From positions 62,001 through 126,000 of the forward strand of contig NIVC01000048.1 of the NCBI GenBank assembly GCA_002269645.1: a stretch of 64,000 bases of DNA, read 5' to 3'. This document shows positions 22,721-31,207 of the stretch, in pieces. The notes below the pieces were generated by a model, which ran no database searches, had not been told where the DNA came from, and worked only from the letters and a program-made list of their open reading frames with translations. Position 1 is the first letter of the stretch, and every line of letters starts with the position of its first letter. The position numbers and the translations under genes were made by a program. This DNA is from Macrostomum lignano (lineage: Eukaryota).

Positions 22721-23917
22721 TTATTTTTTGTTGAACCGCGAAAGCAGAAGCTCTCTCGCCCTCTTATCGATGTATTTTCTCTCAAGCATTTTATTGAGGA
22801 TGTTGACAAATTCTTTTCTATTCTCGTCTTTCATTCCGGTCTTTGCCGCTCCTAGAAGAACCGCTACTCGCTTGTAGATTTCAGAAATTCCTTTTCCAGT
22901 TGAGGGCGGTTGGTCTTGAGGTTGTGGAGTTGGTTGGGCTTGTGGCTGCTGGGGAGGTGATGCAAAAGACTGCTCACTTTCAGAGATGGAACTGTCATGT
23001 GGTGCCTGTCTTTGTTGAGGTGTGAAAACTCTTTGCTTGATTCTGTTCATTCGATCTGGAGAGTGTTGTTCTAAGTGTTGCCAATCTGTTGGGTTTTGTT
23101 TCTTATATTCAGCTACTTGAGTCGGATCTGCATTTTCCAGTTGCCTGAGTACTTCTGTGAAATGTTGCTGCTGCTGTGGTTGTGGTTGTTGTTGCTGTTG
23201 TTGTTGTTGTTCTAGATATTTTATGACTTCCGCCTGATCTGGCAAATCGAACCATTGTTTAAAGTGCTTGTACTTTTTGAATCTAGTCAGGTTGACACCG
23301 TTATCATACATAAGTCTCAGGACTTCTGGGGCCTTTAGTATTTCTATATCTCTAGCAAGAGCAAAAGTCACCAGATCTCTATAGTTCTTTAGCTGTTTGT
23401 CCGAGATTCTCTCTTGGTTCTTGGTCATAAAAGTCAGTAAGGTTTCTGTGAAAGGAATGCTCTTAGTTTCCGAGCCTTTGACAACAGAAATATGTTTCTT
23501 ATTTATGTCGATATAATATTCCACTGGTTCATTATAAATGTTTTTTCTCCACATACTTATTCCAAATACATATTTCCCATCATGTTCGACACGCTCTACT
23601 GGTCCAAAAATGTTATCTGTCACTTTTAGTTGTGATTGATGTGGTTGTGGTTGTTGTGGTTGCGGCTGTATCTGTGGTGCTTCTGGAATTTTGCCCAAAA
23701 CCTTTTGCACTTGGGTTTCCTGTATGTCGTCGATAGTTTCTTTGACCTGATCAATATTTTTCTTAGCTTCTCCATACCCGGGTTTATGAAACTCTGTGGC
23801 TGCTTGGACAAACTCATTGTAGGATTGTTGCTCCTTATTTATTAGCCCGGTAACTCGTTTCTCTGCTTGTGCTAGCTTCTCCAATTCAGATATCTGCTGT
23901 GTACTTTTCCGCTTCAT
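22721..23917 (-). CDS. Polinton conserved (putative core) protein, Gln/Pro-rich
   Basis: 398-aa intact ORF. The C-terminal STGKGISEIYKRVAVLLGAAKTG...EFVNILNKML resembles the G.G...RL.LL.G...AG...E...I...L domain seen in Polinton proteins. Confidence 0.7.
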   Translation of the reverse strand: MKRKSTQQISELEKLAQAEKRVTGLINKEQQSYNEFVQAATEFHKPGYGEAKKNIDQVKETIDDIQETQVQKVLGKIPEAPQIQPQPQQPQPHQSQLKVTDNIFGPVERVEHDGKYVFGISMWRKNIYNEPVEYYIDINKKHISVVKGSETKSIPFTETLLTFMTKNQERISDKQLKNYRDLVTFALARDIEILKAPEVLRLMYDNGVNLTRFKKYKHFKQWFDLPDQAEVIKYLEQQQQQQQQPQPQQQQHFTEVLRQLENADPTQVAEYKKQNPTDWQHLEQHSPDRMNRIKQRVFTPQQRQAPHDSSISESEQSFASPPQQPQAQPTPQPQDQPPSTGKGISEIYKRVAVLLGAAKTGMKDENRKEFVNILNKMLERKYIDKRARELLLSRFNKK

Positions 23918-23948
23918 TTCTTATTTTATTTTAATTTTTAGTTAAAAA

Positions 23949-25235
23949 ATGAACGACCCACTGACACCAGTTTTCTACAAAATTAACAAGCCTATTTTGA
24001 GTGATGATAGCACAATCAAAGCGACTCAGGTAAGAGTTCCCAGTCAGGAAAATCAGAATGAAACTAATCTTGGTCCTGGTCAAACACTGACATTTACATA
24101 CAATGGATGTTCGTCTTTGGTTAGTGTGCACAGTCTTAAGAGCGGATTCCATATGACATTTCAATTCAAGACAAAGGGTGGTGCGGATGCGGCTCGTGCT
24201 AACGTTGACAAGCATGATGCGGATGTGGCTCTGATCAGTAAATTTTGGGCGTACATGTTCAAGGAGTTTAGTGTATCGAATGGGAGCACAGAGTTGGAGC
24301 GAATCGCCAACTTTGGAATTGTCTATGACGCTCATTGTTTGATCGAGAATTCTGATTTTATTCAGTTGGGAAGTGGTGCGGGTTTTATTGCAGACGAAAA
24401 AGAAGGAGATATCAATGACAGTGGCTATAAAAATAGGAAGAAGAGATACAACTGTGCATTGCAAGGTGCAGATGATGCTGCTAAGAACCCGCTGTATCGG
24501 TCTGTTGATGTATTTGTACCATTGAGATTCATGAGTGGATTCTGTAATACATTTAATCGACTGACTAGTAACTTTAGCTACACATTTAGGATGACTAGAG
24601 TTGATCGCAGTAGAGTGTTGTGGACTGGGGCGGACCACACTGGGATGGAGGTGAAGCTAACCGGAATCGAGCTGTATTTGGAAGTCATTGAGCCAAAGAC
24701 TGCACTAAAAGCTGATTATCTCAAGGCAATAGAGAAGGACATTGATGTTGCATACACGGCCTACATGTGTCGAGATGAGCGAAACGAAACTAGAACAAAC
24801 ATCTGCATTAAAGAGGGATCATGCAGCAATCCAAGGTATATTATTATTAACATGAGAAACCCAAATAGCATTATACGCTACATGCATGGAGACGTGCGGT
24901 CCATTCAGCATGAAATCAGTGATAATCTTTACCCTGCACTGCCACAAAATGGAGATTTCAGTCAGAACAAGATTAGCAAATTTTACAACGAGTTGGTCGA
25001 CTTGGCTGTGAAAGAGAACAATGGAATTGCTATCACTGCTCTTCAATATGGAACTCTATATCCGATGTTTGGCGCTGATGTGTCTGCCAGACAAATGCCT
25101 ACTGATAACAGCCCTGTGAATATCGTGAATAACATTGAGAGGACTGCCGCAACACCTGTGGACTTGTACATTATCTATGCATTTGAGAGGAAGGTGAAGC
25201 TTAACATGATCAACAATTCATCCAGTAAAGTTTAA
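23949..25235 (+). CDS. Major capsid protein (double jelly-roll, PY)
   Basis: 428 aa, intact, directly upstream of the penton. N-terminal ILSDDST...P...N.G...TFT and C-terminal YPMFGADVS...LYIIYAFERK fit Polinton MCP patterns; beta-rich composition. Confidence 0.82.
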   Translation: MNDPLTPVFYKINKPILSDDSTIKATQVRVPSQENQNETNLGPGQTLTFTYNGCSSLVSVHSLKSGFHMTFQFKTKGGADAARANVDKHDADVALISKFWAYMFKEFSVSNGSTELERIANFGIVYDAHCLIENSDFIQLGSGAGFIADEKEGDINDSGYKNRKKRYNCALQGADDAAKNPLYRSVDVFVPLRFMSGFCNTFNRLTSNFSYTFRMTRVDRSRVLWTGADHTGMEVKLTGIELYLEVIEPKTALKADYLKAIEKDIDVAYTAYMCRDERNETRTNICIKEGSCSNPRYIIINMRNPNSIIRYMHGDVRSIQHEISDNLYPALPQNGDFSQNKISKFYNELVDLAVKENNGIAITALQYGTLYPMFGADVSARQMPTDNSPVNIVNNIERTAATPVDLYIIYAFERKVKLNMINNSSSKV

Positions 25236-25256
25236 ATATTTTTTTAGGACAAAAAA

Positions 25257-26120
25257 ATGGAAGCTATAGCCGAAAGACTAAATAACATTGTTTCACACTC
25301 TAAGGAGAGCATTCCTATTACAATAACCGGGCGAATTAATGACTCAAACGGGATATTTGTTGAAAAATTAGAGCAGGCGATTCGCCTGGATCCAGGTGCT
25401 AAATACCATGTCTATCTTAACGACTTCACTGGTTGGTCAAACGTTCCCAATGTGATGGCAGCAAATAATAAGTTTTATTACAAATGGAAAGGTGCAGCAG
25501 CAGACCCTGTGGTATTCCATGTGAGCACGCAAAGTGTGGATACCTACAATAACTTTCTAGAAAATGTCTTTACTAAGAGAGGCCATTTTGAGACACCTGA
25601 TGCGAGTAAGCCAGAGAAGAAACTGTTCCCTGTCAAACTAACCTATGATCTCACTGTAATGAGAGTGGTCATGCAAGTTCACAAAGATGCGGAGGTTGAG
25701 TTTAAAGATGACACTTGGTATAGGGAACTGGGATTCGAGAAGAAAGTTTATAAGGCAGAATCCGCGGCGCGGACCGCCACTCAAGCATCGGGGACTGTTA
25801 GAATGGTCCGGGAAAGTGTAAGCGGTTTGTTCTTAGCACCCAATATTGCAGACATTGTAAAGGGTTTGAATATTCTAATCAGAAGCAATCTCAGTCTTGA
25901 TTGGGTATTTAAGGGAAAGCGAACGAATATTTTGTACAATATCTCCAACTCTGTAGCTGGAGGACAGATGGTGGTAGAGAAACCAAATCCAGTGAAAAGA
26001 GTTGTATTGAGTAATAAGGAGATTCACGAGATTGTGCTACAGTTTGAGACTGAAGATGGGATGGGTGTTGATTTCAACGGTGAAGAGTTTGTATTGACGT
26101 TGATCATTGAGAGAATGTAA
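25257..26120 (+). CDS. Minor capsid protein (penton, single jelly-roll, PX)
   Basis: NVPNVMAANNKFYY, ILIRSNL, NILYNI...EKPNP, IHEIVLQFETEDGMGVDFNGEEFVLTLII: typical penton motifs. Confidence 0.88.
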   Translation: MEAIAERLNNIVSHSKESIPITITGRINDSNGIFVEKLEQAIRLDPGAKYHVYLNDFTGWSNVPNVMAANNKFYYKWKGAAADPVVFHVSTQSVDTYNNFLENVFTKRGHFETPDASKPEKKLFPVKLTYDLTVMRVVMQVHKDAEVEFKDDTWYRELGFEKKVYKAESAARTATQASGTVRMVRESVSGLFLAPNIADIVKGLNILIRSNLSLDWVFKGKRTNILYNISNSVAGGQMVVEKPNPVKRVVLSNKEIHEIVLQFETEDGMGVDFNGEEFVLTLIIERM

Positions 26121-26124
26121 GAAA

Positions 26125-26361
26125 TCACAATTGCTTAATGATTTCTGCAAAGTTATAGTAGCTGTCGTAATCGTTAATGACTACTCCATACTTATGAAAC
26201 CAGTGTCTTTGGAGAGCTAGATTAATATTAGGGACATTGATATCAACGTCGGGCCAATATTTTCTCATGTACTCGCTGCATTCAAGTTTGCATCGGTACT
26301 TGGATTTGTACAATGGATTAGGCTGAGTATAATAAGAACCTGGAGAGACAACTGGAAACAT
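26125..26361 (-). CDS. Small Polinton hypothetical protein (78 aa)
   Basis: A-run then ATG (MFPVVSPG...); converges on the penton stop. Confidence 0.5.
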   Translation of the reverse strand: MFPVVSPGSYYTQPNPLYKSKYRCKLECSEYMRKYWPDVDINVPNINLALQRHWFHKYGVVINDYDSYYNFAEIIKQL

Positions 26362-26519
26362 TTTTTTATTGAGAATTTTATTTTTTTTCAAAGGGTAAGG
26401 ACCCTGCGCTGATAATTTAAAGTCTTAGGGATTTGGTTTCATGTTGCGGATTGAATGTGGGGAGAAGAATTCAGATTATTTTCTGATTGTTTCGAAGATG
26501 CTATGGGTGGATTTCGAGC

Positions 26520-26828
26520 TGTTATGCTCAGAGCATAAACCCTCAGAGCATAACAGTAGGACACCTGTTATGCTCTGATTCTGTCAGGGATAAAATGGAT
26601 GGATTTAATGGGATTATGGAGGACGTTTTGTGAGCGAGTGCGACCCCCCTTTTTTCTGATTCTGTCGGGGATAATATGGATGGATTTAATGGGATTATGG
26701 AGGACGTTTTGTGAGCGAGTGCGACCCCCCTTTTTTTCTGATTCTGTCGGGGATAATATGGATGGATTTAATGGGATTATGGAGGACGTGAAAAATTTTG
26801 TCCCAGAAGCCCCCTCATGCCTTCTACT
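26520..26828. repeat. Putative right terminal-repeat region of the Polinton: hairpins + 81-bp tandem repeats
   Basis: Perfect 14-bp stem at 26543-26578; 81/82-bp units start at 26575, 26656 and 26738; AGTAG-like terminus. Confidence 0.7.
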
Positions 26829-27498
26829 GCGCCGAGCTCTGCACTGAGAAGCCGGCCTGCTTCGGCTTCAGCTGGCTGCAGGGTCTGTGCCGACTCTTTG
26901 ACTGGCTGGCATTCAGCAGCACGGATGGCTGACAGGCCTTGGAGCCATGCGATGTGTACACCAGGATTGTCGGTAAGATGTCCTGCACTAAGTATTTAGA
27001 ATTTGACTAATTCACTTTTGCGGATACTATTGTGCAATATTGGTCAAGTTCGAAGTGAAAAGCTCGTGTTACAAGTACTTTGACCGCATATAATTTCCAG
27101 ACCCGCAGGCGCAAACTCGGCTAAAACTTGAAAACTGCACGCAGAGCTCAACGTTGAAGTCAAGCGTTTGCGGACGAGCGATTGACGGAAACAGGAACCA
27201 ACACTATCGTGCAGGTTCCTGCACCCACACCGGCCGCAAGCCGTCCGAATGGTGGGAGGGGCAGCTGGCCGCTCCGTCGCTTGTCTCTTACGTCACCATC
27301 TACAATAGGCAAGACTGCTGCGCTGAAAGACTCAAAAAATTCTCGCTGCAGGTGGACGGCGTCGAGTGCAACCAAGTGAACCTGACGGAGCCGTTCTCCG
27401 TGGCCAACTTCAGCTGCAACGCCTTCGGCAGCCGAGTTCGAGTGACGAACCTGCTCAGCCACTTCTTGACCATTTGTGAGATCGAGGCTTACTGGTAA
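26828..27498 (+). pseudogene. Host PAN/apple + F-type lectin (fucolectin) gene, 5'-truncated by the Polinton
   Basis: Exon 26828-26972 CAELCTEKPACFGFSWLQGLCRLFD...DG*QALEPCDVY (TGA at 26930). GT-AG intron 26973-27100 joins in frame. Exon 2 has NCTQSST, AIDGN, SCTHT and an exact H-x26-R-x-D-x4-R fucose-binding motif. Confidence 0.85.
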
Positions 27499-27814
27499 GC
27501 TGAACTGGTGTTGGCGAGTGGTCGCGGCGGCGACCTCACAAGTGCAACTGCACTATGGAACTGCAAGCAGACTTTTGTGACATTTAAAAGCTACAATGGA
27601 AACAAGGAAATCAAAAAAACTTTCTAATCCATGTAGTTAGCTATAGGGAACTTCAAGCATTAAAAAAATTAGCATGACTTGAGACTTTGAATTTTTTTTG
27701 CTTTTTGGACGTCTGCGTTGGAGACGACCACAATGGCATTAGATAAACTGACCTACGAGTGAACACGCACTTCAGTAAAAGGGCGCAACATTCAAAATCT
27801 ACGGAAAAAGTTTT

Positions 27815-30243
27815 GAAAGCCACTTTTCGCCGAAAGAGACACTATGGAGATAGGAAGTTTTCATTTTTTCGTCACAAAAATTGTTATTGCTTTTGATAGG
27901 AAGCAGATCCAGTGTTCATCTTTTGATATGTTGTGCCTTTCTTATAACTCATTGATATCCATACAGCTTTCTCATTTCTATTTCTCATTCTACGTACAAT
28001 TGCATATGTCCTGTGCCTAGTAGCTAACCCTTAAAATGGCGCGGCTCAGCTCATTGGTTTATCAACCTTTTTTGTCATTCTTAGCTGACTGTGTAACAAT
28101 ATGTGTAACAGAGATGATAAAATCGATTCATAAACCCAAAGATTCGAGCTGTGCCACGCATTTTTATGACTTTAGGTACAGGAAATGTACGTAGAATAAA
28201 AAATGAACAAAGAATCCCAATTTTCTGAACGAAAAGCTTTCTGAATATCTGTAGCGTGCCTGAAAAATAAATGAGGCTTGAAAGCGGCGGTTCAATTATT
28301 TATTATCGATAATCGAGATTACCGGAAAAACACTTGCTTATTAGCTGGGTTTGCCTGGTGTATATTTATAGCAAAATTAACGGTGTTCTGGAAATTTCTT
28401 TAGAATTATAACAAAGATACAACGTTATAATGTAAACTGTAGCTAATACGGATAAATGCGTTGAATAAGAATATGGCTAATAATTAAACTATAAGATATG
28501 TAAAGGTTCCGCGTAGAAATATTTTGTTATGGAAATTCGAAGAAAAATGCAGAAATTTCTTTTACTTAATTTGGAAATTTTACTCGTATAGAATGCGCGA
28601 AGGGGAAAGGAAACTTCTAGAAACTAGGTACATTGGAATAACATCGCTACAACAGTTCCCCCGCCGGAGACGGAGTCACCTGGAGAAGTACAGGAAAAAG
28701 TGATATACATTAGATGATGAATTGGGGGGGCGTGGACATGTACGTTTGTACATGCAGATTTCAAACTGTTACAGCATAGGGGCGATGATGTACATATTCA
28801 ATAATAAGTGAAACGTTATTTCTGGTGAAGTCAAGCTGCTTGATTAATTAGTCATTTCGCAAATCAGACCTTACTGCGATGCCCCCGGTTGGCCGAATAG
28901 CAATGTACATAGACGGAATGTGCCAGGATGCAGACAGACGACACCCGGAACAAGATCGGTGCACCGTGAGTCGAGGCGGGCTGTCGCTCTGCTTCGGTAG
29001 GCATCTCGTAGCAGGTGGACACGCAACGCGCTTCTGGTAGGAGAACTTGGGATGCTTGTGGCACGCTCAGCCACACTCCAGGACGACGGATCGTCAGGCA
29101 GGACGACCTTTCGAATTGCAGGCAGACTCCCGAGACTAATATGAGGACGACGGCGGGCAGTCGCTGAATATTGCTGGGCATGGCTGATGGAGCGCACAAG
29201 GCGAACCGATTGACAGGCTGGGTTGCCCCTCGGGATGTCGATCACCTCGTGGAAGGTGTCATATAAAGACGATCGCCGAAGGTTTCAGCCGCGCGTTCCT
29301 TGGTCAATAGCAGCTTGGTTGACTGATGATATTTCGGCTTATTTTGGCGTAGAATTTGGTGGGGCTCACGGAAGACTCTATCGAACGGCCTGGTAATAAC
29401 CCGTGTAGGCATTTTCTGGCGGTCGTCGATTGAGATCCGTGCCAACTTCGGTACAGCGTTTGCAGAATTAGGTTTCGTATATGATGACTTCGGCAGAGAC
29501 AGTAGTTGGACGACGGCCGCGTGCAGACGACGATGATGAAGCATGGCGTTGATGGCGATGTCGATGATGGCGTTATGCTACTTACAGGCAGTATTTACAG
29601 CGGTATTTACACACACGTACGCGCTTCATCCATGCTTCGCCAGCGTAGCCCCCTTACTGGGGACTCAGATGAATGTTGGACGCCTCGCCGGACCAGTTGT
29701 AGCGTGCCTGAAAAATAAATGAGGCTTGAAAGCGGCGGTTCAATTATTTATTATCGATAATCGAGATTACCGGAAAAACACTTGCTTATTAGCTGGGTTT
29801 GCCTGGTGTATATTTATAGCAAAATTAACGGTGTTCTGGAAATTTCTTTAGAATTATAACAAAGATACAACGTTATAATGTAAACTGTAGCTAATACGGA
29901 TAAATGCGTTGAATAAGAATATGGCTAATAATTAAACTATAAGATATGTAAAGGTTCCGCGTAGAAATATTTTGTTATGGAAATTCGAAGAAAAATGCAG
30001 AAATTTCTTTTACTTAATTTGGAAATTTTACTCGTATAGAATGCGCGAAGGGGAAAGGAAACTTCTAGAAACTAGGTACATTGGAATAACATCGCTACAT
30101 ATCAATAGAGCAATAAGAAAGGCACAACATATCAAAAGATGAACACAGGGTCTGTCTCTTATTGAGAGCAATAAAAATTTTGTGCTGAAAAAATGAAAAC
30201 TTCCTATCTCCGTAATGTATTTTTCGGCGAAAAGTGGCCTTCA
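27815..30243. mobile_element. Degenerate inverted-repeat (MITE/foldback-like) element interrupted by the LTR element
   Basis: 27815-28015 is an imperfect inverted copy of 28155-28249 + 30100-30243 (GCCACTTTTCGCCGAAA...GGAGATAGGAAGTTTTCATTTTTTC...). Confidence 0.55.
28250..30099 (-). mobile_element. Non-autonomous LTR retroelement (TRIM/LARD-like, BEL/Pao-like signals)
   Basis: 402-bp LTRs at 28250-28651 and 29698-30099, TGTAGCG...CGCTACA, apparently identical by eye. TATC flanks both sides. Minus-strand PBS-like TGGTCC... next to the right LTR and PPT GGCGGGGGAA next to the left LTR. No pol ORF. Confidence 0.9.
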
Positions 30244-31207
30244 AAGCTTTAGTGGTCCTTGAGAGTGAACTTAATCTGACAATGACCTTGCTTGTTCTTT
30301 TTTGGTTGGTAGGTTTTCTTTTTTGTTGCAAGTTCGACTTTTCAACAATCGCCAAATGAGTCAGTCTAAGTTACTCATAGTAGTACTAATTCGAACATGC
30401 TAAACTTTAAAATCTAGTGAAAAAAAGGTTATATTTGACAGAAACAGGACACACGAAGAAGATTAAGAGTTGCTAGCTAAACTGCATGCTTATTATACAA
30501 CACACGTTCAATAAAACACAAAAATTAGGCTAAACAGAAGCTATGAAGAGTTTTTAATACTAAAAAACTAGAGTTGTTTATTTCTCGAGAGTAATATGTT
30601 TTTTTTAATATCATAGCATAAAAATAAATTCTCTAAAAAGTATCACAGTGTGCTTTTCTATTCGAAAGTTTTAGCATCATAAGATGAAATACTCGTATCT
30701 AATCAACTAATTTTGAAGTTAATTCAAGTAAGCTATAAAACTAAAAACATCATAATTAAAAGGTTAAAACTATATTCAGCCTGAAAAAATGTTTTCTTTG
30801 CTTGAGTATCGCACAACTATTTAAGATAAATAACTCATGTTTAAGAAAAAAACTCAGAAAAACTCAGAAGAAAAATAAACAAAAATAGTAAAAGCACCCG
30901 CCAGATTTAAGTTGCCAACAATGTTTTGTTGCAAGCATTTTCTAATTTTTGTAGTAATACATGTAGATCAGAAATTTCATCTACCAACCGTTATACCTGA
31001 TCGCATATACCTTAACCTTTGTATCCAGTTATTAAAGTAGTTTTAAAGCTTCAAAAAAGCTTTAACAAAACCCCAAATCAATTCTAAAACTTTTCTGATC
31101 AACTTAAACCTGAATCCAATCCATAAAAGTTAAAAGTTGAAAACGTAATTCGTTTCTAAAACTCAGAACCAATTCAAATCCAGTGAAATTCACCCAGTAT
31201 ATCAAAT

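Larger units (their letters stand above)
1497..26828. mobile_element. Endogenous Polinton/Maverick (adintovirus-like) element; left end outside the window
   Basis: Integrase C-terminus, pPolB, adenain protease, A32/FtsK-like ATPase, and major and minor capsid genes are co-located, AT-rich, intronless and tightly packed. The putative right terminus ...CTTCTACT at 26828 reads 5'-AGTAG on the minus strand. Confidence 0.93.

Noticed and set aside
1497-26828. Prophage or bacterial contamination
   Set aside because: The gene set is Polinton-type, it is interrupted by eukaryotic Helitrons and a YR retrotransposon, and it joins an intron-containing host gene.
28864-29544. Internal ORFs of the LTR element as gag or pol
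   Set aside because: Short, in different frames, with no recognisable zinc-knuckle, RT, RNase H or integrase motifs.
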